A DNA stretch of 41,905 nt from a virus: IMG/VR virus record IMGVR_UViG_3300029684_000017, positions 1 through 41,905 of that record; one strand, written 5' to 3'. Positions 6,562-13,626 of this stretch are shown here, piece by piece. The notes beneath the pieces are model-generated. The model ran no database searches, had not been told where the DNA came from, and saw only the letters and a list, made by a program, of their open reading frames with translations. Positions within the stretch are counted from its first letter, which is position 1, and each line of letters starts with the position of its first letter. The position numbers and the translations under genes were made by a program.

Positions 6562-6617
6562 TACCTTTGCTGTGTATCACAATGCAAATATGTGCATATT
6601 ATTTTAATTATGCAAAT
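6562..6617 (+). promoter_or_regulatory. Rightward promoter (-7 box TACCTTTG) with downstream ATGCAAAT operator-like boxes
   Basis: tacctttg at 6562-6569. cacaatgcaaatat at 6578-6591, overlapping the inverted repeat aatatg-tg-catatt. Second atgcaaat at 6610-6617. Confidence 0.55.
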
Positions 6618-6661
6618 TTTATGCTCATATTTTTACAAGTTTTTTAATAGTCCCTTTGTAT

Positions 6662-6958
6662 ATGATTGATTTCAAACGTTTTCGAAAAGACAAAAGGTTA
6701 ACACAGGCGGCACTTGCAAATATGTTGGGAATGGATCAAAGCCGCATTTCTCGAATGGAGAAGAACGGCGACGGATTTACGCCTGAGCATATGGACATAT
6801 TATGCAGTCGATATGCCGACATTGACGATTACGTTATCGACGACTCCAATGTCGCCCCCGCTCCCACGGTTTCCGCATTGCTGGCTTTGGTAGCTTCCCA
6901 GCAGCGCACCATCGAGAACCTTTCCGAAACCATAAAAAACCTAACTTCAAAGAACTGA
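6662..6958 (+). CDS. XRE-family HTH repressor-like protein
   Basis: KRLTQAALANMLGMDQSRISRMEKNG is a classic XRE/Cro-CI HTH. ATG at 6662 (the track starts at a TTG at 6656). Confidence 0.8.
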   Translation: MIDFKRFRKDKRLTQAALANMLGMDQSRISRMEKNGDGFTPEHMDILCSRYADIDDYVIDDSNVAPAPTVSALLALVASQQRTIENLSETIKNLTSKN

Positions 6959-6965
6959 TAAAACC

Positions 6966-7214
6966 ATGAAAGAACTGTCTGCTGCCAACATCAACGCCCG
7001 AATCACCGAAAAGCTATCCGCCGAAATCTGTCCCGTACACGGAAAAAATCCCATAATATCATGGAATGGCAATAATATGCAGGCGCGCTGCTGTTGCAAC
7101 GAGTTTCGGACATACATCGACCGGATAGCCGAATCTGTCGCCAAACGTGCGGCACAAGATGAAGCGGCCAGCCTAATCGCCGCTGCCCTCCTTGACGACT
7201 GCGATGGTGAATAA
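6966..7214 (+). CDS. Hypothetical Cys-containing protein (82 aa)
   Basis: ORF 7 nt after the repressor-like gene. Confidence 0.55.
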   Translation: MKELSAANINARITEKLSAEICPVHGKNPIISWNGNNMQARCCCNEFRTYIDRIAESVAKRAAQDEAASLIAAALLDDCDGE

Positions 7215-7367
7215 ATACACCTTGCGTTCGCCGTTGGCATCGAGTTTCTGCTTCAATTCAGTGAGTTTGTCGATCATTTCATCGACGCTTGTCGCCTCCA
7301 ACTTCGGGAAGCGAATGGTTGTTGTTTTTCCCATAATTCAAAAAATGTTTTTCAAAGAACTAATTCT

Positions 7368-7721
7368 ATGGACCTCAAAGACTACATCGCCGACGTTATC
7401 AGTCAGACGATCGAGGGCGTACAAATCGCGCAAAAGAGATTCAATCCAGACGCAGTAATACTACCGCCTATAATTGCTCCAACCTATCATGATTCGGCAA
7501 CGCCCGACTGTATTGTCATTAATAAGACCCTGCGCCATTTAACACATCTGGAATTCGATATTGAGGTAACGGCAGAGCATAAAGACACAACAGGGGCAAA
7601 AGCCGGATTTTGTATTTCCGTAGCGGGGTTCGGCGCTAACACTGACAGCATCCGACGGGACAACGCAGCGAACCGACTGTCTTTCCAAATTACTATCGTA
7701 TTGCCTGAAATTCTTTCGTAA
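7368..7721 (+). CDS. Small protein with a Trypco2-like (trypsin-co-occurring domain 2) sequence pattern
   Basis: N-terminal helix LKDYIADVISQTIEGVQIAQ followed by LEFDIEVTAEHKDTTGAKAGFCISVAGFGANTDS...NRLSFQITI. Pattern recalled from conflict-system literature, not searched. Confidence 0.45.
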   Translation: MDLKDYIADVISQTIEGVQIAQKRFNPDAVILPPIIAPTYHDSATPDCIVINKTLRHLTHLEFDIEVTAEHKDTTGAKAGFCISVAGFGANTDSIRRDNAANRLSFQITIVLPEILS

Positions 7722-7974
7722 TGAGCAACATTCGGATATTTGCACTCACGCAAAAACCGAGAATGTATATTTTACGTTGGATTTTCACCCACGGTATTTG
7801 ATTTTGGGCGTCAACGAAAATGTTGGCATCGACAATCCGTGTCTCTTTGTGTATTAACGATTTCATGTTCAAAGAACGTTGTAAACCCTATTGGCGCACT
7901 ATTTCGCCCTTTCGGATTTGGTTATTCCAATCTTTTTTATATATCTTTACATTGTTTTGCGGCGTAGAACTCTT

Positions 7975-8080
7975 TACCTTTGCGGTGTAGTTCAATTCCA
8001 CAATGCAAATATAGATTAAAAATCTAATACACCACACAAAAATAGATCTAAAATATAATAATAAATATTTATGCAATTTG
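7975..8080 (+). promoter_or_regulatory. Second promoter (-7 box TACCTTTG) with the same downstream operator-like box
   Basis: tacctttg at 7975-7982. cacaatgcaaatat at 7999-8012, a 14/14 match to 6578-6591. atgcaatttg at 8071-8080. Confidence 0.55.
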
Positions 8081-8114
8081 CGAAAATTATAAAACACCTA
8101 ACATTCAGCGCATT

Positions 8115-8528
8115 ATGAGCACAATCGTAGAGCGCATAAATATCTATGCAAAACACAAGAAAACAACCAAAGCAGCTATTGAGCGAGAATCAGGGTTGCC
8201 GAATGGAACATTTAAGCCCACTACCCAATCGCTACGCATAGACGCCCAATCTAAAATAGCAAAATCATTTCCCGATTTAAATATCGGGTGGCTATTGACC
8301 GGCGAAGGATCAATGCTTAAAACTACCGACCAACCCGTCAGTCAAAGAGAAGAAGACGCAACACTTTCGGAAACTGACTTAAATAATTCAAACACTATGA
8401 AGAAGTATTTAGACCAAGTCCTTCGACAAAACGAGGAACTAATTCGGCAAAATGGGGTACTACTTGACCTATTCCGAGAAGAGAGGGCAAAAAACAAGGG
8501 CGAAGTCGCCCTAAAAAAAGAGGGCTAA
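8115..8528 (+). CDS. HTH transcriptional regulator with a C-terminal coiled coil (repressor-like, Bacteroidetes type)
   Basis: TTKAAIERESGLPNGTF ... NIGWLLTGEGSM signature. C-terminal helical region. Confidence 0.8.
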   Translation: MSTIVERINIYAKHKKTTKAAIERESGLPNGTFKPTTQSLRIDAQSKIAKSFPDLNIGWLLTGEGSMLKTTDQPVSQREEDATLSETDLNNSNTMKKYLDQVLRQNEELIRQNGVLLDLFREERAKNKGEVALKKEG

Positions 8529-8672
8529 GTGTATTCTAATTAGACTAATGCCTACCGGAGGAGAGCCGGAACCGTATGCCAAAGCACACACATAATAGCA
8601 CTAAAAATAAAATCATGCCCTTCTCCGAATACTCGGAGAGGGGTAAATTGTATAATAATAAAATGAACGTGT

Positions 8673-9035
8673 ATGGAACTTATTGCTACTTTATTGTTGA
8701 TTGTTTTCGGTATTTTACAAATCATTCTCTTCTTTAAGTTGTGGGGAATGACAAATGATGTTGCCCAGATTAAAGAATATATCGCACGCATGGATAAACG
8801 CGTCAGTAATAAATTAAAATCGGGAAAGGCACAAGGCGAACAAAAAGACGCTTCCATGCCCGATTGGGTAATCGGAAGTCGCGTAGTTCGCATAGCAACA
8901 GAAGAGCAGATGAAAATAATCAGCCTTAATTCCAATGGGTCCTTTGTATGTACAAAAGACGGAATAGTCGCCGGTTCATACCGTCGTGATGAACTTATGA
9001 CATGGACTGAATGGCTTGAACATCTCAAAAAATAA
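8673..9035 (+). CDS. Membrane-anchored small protein (120 aa)
   Basis: N-terminal TM helix LIATLLLIVFGILQIILFFKLWG. AT-rich accessory region. Confidence 0.65.
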   Translation: MELIATLLLIVFGILQIILFFKLWGMTNDVAQIKEYIARMDKRVSNKLKSGKAQGEQKDASMPDWVIGSRVVRIATEEQMKIISLNSNGSFVCTKDGIVAGSYRRDELMTWTEWLEHLKK

Positions 9036-9066
9036 TATATTGAAAAATCAAATAAAATAGGTTAAC

Positions 9067-9516
9067 ATGAAGAAACTTTTACTATTTTCCGTATGTATGG
9101 CTATTTTATGTTCATGTAACTCCAATCAGAAGAAAGCCGAACGATTGGTAAAACAATACATGAAAGAAAATCTCGACGACTATAAAAGTTACGAGCCTAT
9201 TAAATTTTCAGAACTTGAACCGATCCTGATAAAAGAACAAGCGGAAAAAGTTCTTAAAGTAGCAATAGATCATAAAAAAAGCCGCGAAGATTATATATAT
9301 TACTTGGATTCAACCCAATTAAAGGAACAGTTAGCATACATCGCTTCAATAGATACTGATATAGATTCGTTAAAAAGGGTTTGCGATTCAGCATCCGTTA
9401 ATGACATTCACGGTTGGTGCTTTGAGCATTCATACCGTTCTGCCAATAAAATAGGAGCAATGGAGAAAAAAACAGAAATATTTTATTTCAATAGAGATAT
9501 TACCGAGATTCAATAA
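9067..9516 (+). CDS. Lipoprotein (149 aa)
   Basis: Signal peptide MKKLLLFSVCMAILCSC with a lipobox Cys followed by NSNQKK. Confidence 0.8.
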   Translation: MKKLLLFSVCMAILCSCNSNQKKAERLVKQYMKENLDDYKSYEPIKFSELEPILIKEQAEKVLKVAIDHKKSREDYIYYLDSTQLKEQLAYIASIDTDIDSLKRVCDSASVNDIHGWCFEHSYRSANKIGAMEKKTEIFYFNRDITEIQ

Positions 9517-9534
9517 CCCCACCCTCCCCACTCC

Positions 9535-9561
9535 CGCCCCGACTTCTGCCGGGGCGTTTTT
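9535..9561 (+). terminator. Rho-independent terminator
   Basis: Stem cgccccg / cggggcg, 8-nt loop, ttttt. Confidence 0.75.
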
Positions 9562-9584
9562 ACCCAAAGTGTAGAATAATTCAC

Positions 9585-9604
9585 TACCTTTGCGCGTTAT
9601 TTGC
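9585..9604 (+). promoter_or_regulatory. Third TACCTTTG -7 box with a downstream inverted GCAAAT core
   Basis: tacctttg at 9585-9592; atttgc at 9599-9604. Confidence 0.5.
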
Positions 9605-9641
9605 TCGGAAAATGTTATATTTGTAACAAAGAACCACTACT

Positions 9642-10280
9642 ATGCTTGAAACTATTTGGAGCTGGATCATGGAAAACTACCCCGGCATATTCGCAATGCT
9701 GGTGGTTGCATATGCTGTATGGCATATAAGAGGATGGTATTCCAAATTCGACGCAAGGGTGAAAGCATGTGAAGCCCACGAACCAGCCATTGAGGAGATA
9801 AAAAACGACGTGAAAACCCTACAAAAGGATATTGACAGCGTTAAAATGGATGTGAAGAGTATCAAAGATTATTTGGTAACAAAAGATCAAAAAGCAATAA
9901 ACGTTTTAGCGATGAAAAATAGCCCGATGGTTCTCAATGAGAACGGAAAGCAGATATATGAAATTATAGTAGGTGATAAATTCCTCGCTGATAATAAGAC
10001 GCTTTTATTCGAGCGTATCGATAGTAAAAAACCTCGCACTCCGCTGGATGTAGAGATTGCAGCCAAAGAGGTGCTTATTGACCTCTTGAGTAGCCCCATA
10101 TTTGATGGAATTAAAAACATAGTATACAATTATCCATCGATTCAAATTAAACAAGAGGGCAAAGACATCGATTATGCTATTTCCATATCAGATGTATGCT
10201 TCGTGTTAAGTATTCCTTTGCGCGATATGTATCTGGAAGCGCACCCGGAAATAAACACGAAGGATAACGATAACAAATAG
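9642..10280 (+). CDS. Membrane-anchored coiled-coil protein with an uncharacterised C-terminal domain (212 aa)
   Basis: TM segment YPGIFAMLVVAYAVWHI, heptad-like IEEIKNDVKTLQKDIDSVKMDVKSIKDYL, and a globular C-terminal half. Confidence 0.7.
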   Translation: MLETIWSWIMENYPGIFAMLVVAYAVWHIRGWYSKFDARVKACEAHEPAIEEIKNDVKTLQKDIDSVKMDVKSIKDYLVTKDQKAINVLAMKNSPMVLNENGKQIYEIIVGDKFLADNKTLLFERIDSKKPRTPLDVEIAAKEVLIDLLSSPIFDGIKNIVYNYPSIQIKQEGKDIDYAISISDVCFVLSIPLRDMYLEAHPEINTKDNDNK

Positions 10281-10303
10281 CGATAACACCGAACACCCAT
10301 CGA

Positions 10304-10331
10304 CCCCGGGCCACGAGCTCGGGGATTTTTT
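10304..10331 (+). terminator. Probable terminator
   Basis: ccccg...cgggg stem followed by atttttt. Confidence 0.55.
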
Positions 10332-10454
10332 GTACATATTGAACAATAAATCGCCTTGAAGCAGGCTTTTCCCCTAAGAAAAACACAAACTTTTTGAACA
10401 ATTCACCCCATCAATCCCCTGGCCACAAAAAAAATCTGAAAATTTTTCGTCGAA

Positions 10455-10518
10455 CTCTTGCATAATGTGCCGAGAGTTGGCTCCTTTGCATCGTAAGGCT
10501 ATGAAGATATAGCCCACG
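10455..10518 (+). promoter_or_regulatory. Late-type promoter-like element, copy A (TTG, 20 nt, CTCCTTTG, plus a conserved initial transcribed region)
   Basis: About 60 nt align with 24724-24788 (17/18 identical in tcttgcaNaatgtgccga) and partly with 29853-29915. Confidence 0.55.
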
Positions 10519-10602
10519 GACAAGACGAGCGGTAGCATCCGCGAATCTTAACGACGAAAGGACACGTTGTAGGACACACGTTGTTGGTAGTAGTTCTTGG
10601 AA

Positions 10603-10640
10603 GGGTCTGTGGCTATTCATCCGGCCGCAGACCCTTTTTT
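10603..10640 (+). terminator. Strong intrinsic terminator ending 2 nt before the terS start codon
   Basis: 11-bp stem gggtctgtggc / gccgcagaccc (one G-U pair), 10-nt loop, tttttt. ATG at 10643. Confidence 0.8.
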
Positions 10641-10642
10641 CT

Positions 10643-11152
10643 ATGGCAAAGAGAACGGAAGGAATCAAGAAGACAACCGGCAACAAGCCCACCCGCAAAG
10701 TGGGCCGCCCTCGTGCATATACCCCCGAAGCTCTTGAAGCCAAGTTCGAAGAGTATGTCGAATGGGTGAAAGCGAATCCGCGATACAGCAACAAGGTATT
10801 GGGCGACGGCTCGATAATTCCCGTACCCTATGAACGCCCGCTGACATTGTCCAGCTTCGCCGTATTCGCCGGGATAATCCCTGATACATTCAGAGAATAC
10901 GAGAAACTCGACGAGTTTTTCGGCGTGTGTGCGCGCGTGCGCGCGCGAATCGAATCCGATCAGTTGGAGGGTGCTATGTGTGAGCAGTACAACCCGACGA
11001 TTGCGTCGCGTGTTCTTCATCTTGCCGACCGCCAGGATGTGACAACAAACGGCAAGGCGATAACGGTTGCAACACAGCCTATTCCCGTGGTCCTCGATCC
11101 CGAAGCTGCTAAGATCATCCAGTCCATAGGCAAAATGACAGTAAAGGAATGA
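10643..11152 (+). CDS. terS: Terminase small subunit
   Basis: GRPRAYTPEALEAKFEEYVEWVKANP...PLTLSSFAVFAGI..DTFREY pattern of Terminase_2-type small subunits. Immediately precedes terL. Confidence 0.8.
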   Translation: MAKRTEGIKKTTGNKPTRKVGRPRAYTPEALEAKFEEYVEWVKANPRYSNKVLGDGSIIPVPYERPLTLSSFAVFAGIIPDTFREYEKLDEFFGVCARVRARIESDQLEGAMCEQYNPTIASRVLHLADRQDVTTNGKAITVATQPIPVVLDPEAAKIIQSIGKMTVKE

Positions 11153-12384
11153 CGCCCGATCCCGTAACATACAGAGGCAAGACATACAAAGTCAAAATGT
11201 ACCTCTACCAGCTATACGCCGGGAGCGGCGCCGTCGTCCGTATCTTCGACGAGGGAAGTTCCCGATCTGGAAAGACTTTCGACACGGCGGACTTTCTGTA
11301 TGACATCTGCGCATCATCGTCCGTACCTCTTAAAATATACTGTTATCGGGCCACGCTTCAAGATTGCAAGGAAAAGACGCTGGACGACTTCCGCAAGAAG
11401 CTGCAACTACGCGGCGTATACGATCCCGATTGTATGCGTGGCGAAAATATTCTCCCTGAATATCGCATCAAGGATAGTGTGATTCGTTTCCGGGGTCTCG
11501 ACAAAATGGATGTCAAAGAGGGCCACGACTGCGACATAGTATATTTCAACGAGATGCTCGACGGTGTAAGCCGTGCGCAATTCGACAATATCACCATGCG
11601 CTGCACGCGGATGGTCATCGGTGACTGGAACCCGAAATACACGGAGCATTGGGCGTTCCATATGGAGGGCGCCCCGGATACTATTTTCACGCACACGACG
11701 TACAAGGATAATCCCTTCTGCCCGGCGGGGGTTCGTCGCACAATTGAGGGATACGAACCCACACCCGAGAATATCGCCGCCGGAACTGCCGACGAATGGC
11801 GTTGGAAAGTGTACGGCCTCGGAGTACGTGCCGCGCAGGAGGGGCTAATATTCCCCGACATCGACTGGATCGACGAATTCCCCGAAGACATCGAACGCGT
11901 TGTATTGGGCCTCGACTTCGGATTCACAGCAGACCCCACAGCCTGCGTACGTGTCGGATTCCGTGTCCCGAACCATCTTTATTTGCAGGAGCTGATATAT
12001 CAGCCTATCGACGACACTTCGAAATTGTATGCAGCGCTTTCGCCGCACTTCACAAACGGAGTATCCCGATGCTATGCAGATAGCGCCGACAAATATGCCA
12101 AATCCCCCGAAAGCATGATAACCGCAATGCGCATTCAAGGGCTTACGGTCATCCCCGTGCGGAAATACCCGGGGTCTGTCATGGACGGCATCACGGCCAT
12201 GAAAGGATGCAAGATACACTGCATTCGTTCGCGCAACATGCTGATAGAGGCAAATTCGTACGTGTGGGAGACGGTGAACGGCATCGCCATAAATTACCCG
12301 CACGACGAATTCAATCACCTATGGGACGCCGCCAGATATGCCGTTCAGTCTGAATTCAAGAACCTTATTCAAATAGCTGCATAA
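11149..12384 (+). CDS. terL: Terminase large subunit (PBSX-like family)
   Basis: Walker A GSSRSGKT, 411 aa, ATGA overlap with terS. Confidence 0.9.
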   Translation: MTPDPVTYRGKTYKVKMYLYQLYAGSGAVVRIFDEGSSRSGKTFDTADFLYDICASSSVPLKIYCYRATLQDCKEKTLDDFRKKLQLRGVYDPDCMRGENILPEYRIKDSVIRFRGLDKMDVKEGHDCDIVYFNEMLDGVSRAQFDNITMRCTRMVIGDWNPKYTEHWAFHMEGAPDTIFTHTTYKDNPFCPAGVRRTIEGYEPTPENIAAGTADEWRWKVYGLGVRAAQEGLIFPDIDWIDEFPEDIERVVLGLDFGFTADPTACVRVGFRVPNHLYLQELIYQPIDDTSKLYAALSPHFTNGVSRCYADSADKYAKSPESMITAMRIQGLTVIPVRKYPGSVMDGITAMKGCKIHCIRSRNMLIEANSYVWETVNGIAINYPHDEFNHLWDAARYAVQSEFKNLIQIAA

Positions 12385-13625
12385 TGAATCTATTCGGCTA
12401 CGAAATACGCAAAAAGAGCAACGATACAGCCCCTAAATTGCCGGTATCGACATTGAATTATATCTGTGTACCTCCGGTATTTCAGGAGTCAATCGAAACC
12501 ATCGGGATAATCAACACCAACGATAAGGCAGGCCAAGCTAAGGCTTATACTCTTTGTTCACCGTTAATGTCGGTTATAACGAAGAAATGCGCAGCGATCA
12601 AGAACCTACGCCTTGCCGCTACCACCGAGGATGGCGAAGATATTGAAAAGCCGGACGCAATACGAGCTATGTCGCATCCGAACAGTATTCAGAATATCGC
12701 GAACTTTGTGGCATGCGTCGAGGCCATGACGCAGATTTTCGGCAAAGCCTATATCGCACGCATGGAAGCCGTTGGACTTCCGGGAGAATTTGGAATATTC
12801 GTCGTGCCGAATCTTTTCGTAACGGAGAACACCGCAACATCACCAACACCATCGCTTATCCCTGATGCGAACATTGTGGACTATACCGTAACTATTTGCG
12901 GAGCTTCGATGAAGATTGCCAAGGAAGATATGTTCATCGTGCGGGACGCCTCGTATGATCTCAACGCCTGCGGCGGCAGCATCTCTCGAATGATTGCGTT
13001 GCAGAAGCCTATCAATACGTTCGTTGCCTCCTATGAAGCGACGCACGAACTAATGATAAACCGCGGTATGCTGGCAATCATCTCGCTTACCTCCGGAAGC
13101 GGTGACATTATCCGGGATTCCCGACTTCCGGAAACAGAGTCCGAGAAAAAGAAAATAGAGCAGGCGTTCAAGAAGAAGTACGGAATGTTGGTCGATCAGG
13201 TACACTATGCCGTTACGCCCATGAATGCCGCCGTAAGCCCGGTATCATCCACAATTACCGACTTAGGGCTGACGGATGTTCAGAAATCATGCAAGAAAGA
13301 GATTGCCGATGTCTACCAAGTGCCGAGCGTGCTGCTCGACGTAGAAGGTTCGACATACGCCAACGCCAAAGAAGCGAAAACGATACTGTACAATGACGCA
13401 ATAATCCCCGAGGCAAATAATATATTCTCCGTGCTCAACAAGATATACGGCTTTGAGGATTTCAAGGTGATGCCCTACTACGATCATCTTGAACTCTTCC
13501 AAGAATCTAAGCGCGAACAGGCGGCGGGCATGACCAATCTCGTGAATGCCCTGAATAACGCCGTGTCCGGCGGTCTGATGACCACGGAGCAGGCTAAAAC
13601 AGAACTTTTGAAATATATCGTATAA
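12384..13625 (+). CDS. Portal protein
   Basis: 413 aa directly after terL. YQVPSVLLDVEGSTYANAKEA...IIPEAN region typical of HK97-type portals. Confidence 0.8.
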   Translation: MNLFGYEIRKKSNDTAPKLPVSTLNYICVPPVFQESIETIGIINTNDKAGQAKAYTLCSPLMSVITKKCAAIKNLRLAATTEDGEDIEKPDAIRAMSHPNSIQNIANFVACVEAMTQIFGKAYIARMEAVGLPGEFGIFVVPNLFVTENTATSPTPSLIPDANIVDYTVTICGASMKIAKEDMFIVRDASYDLNACGGSISRMIALQKPINTFVASYEATHELMINRGMLAIISLTSGSGDIIRDSRLPETESEKKKIEQAFKKKYGMLVDQVHYAVTPMNAAVSPVSSTITDLGLTDVQKSCKKEIADVYQVPSVLLDVEGSTYANAKEAKTILYNDAIIPEANNIFSVLNKIYGFEDFKVMPYYDHLELFQESKREQAAGMTNLVNALNNAVSGGLMTTEQAKTELLKYIV

Positions 13626-13626
13626 C

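Noticed and set aside
7173-7334. Hand-found 53-aa minus-strand ORF (MGKTTTIRFPKLEATSVDEMIDKLTELKQKLDANGERKVYLFTIAVVKEGSGD).
   Set aside because: It looks protein-like, but it converges on and overlaps the 3-prime end of 6966..7214(+) by 42 nt and has only about 33 nt to the divergent 7368 start. The evidence is insufficient to call it, so it is left unannotated.
8552-9028. 158-aa minus-strand ORF.
   Set aside because: It is antisense to the plus-strand membrane-protein gene 8673..9035. That gene sits co-directionally between a promoter and downstream genes. The composition is typical of an AT-rich shadow frame.
10613-11185. 190-aa minus-strand ORF, plus similar antisense ORFs inside terL, capsid and tail genes (e.g. 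11358..11939, 14837..15466, 19234..19896).
   Set aside because: They lie entirely within well-supported plus-strand structural genes. They are typical GC-rich antisense shadow ORFs.
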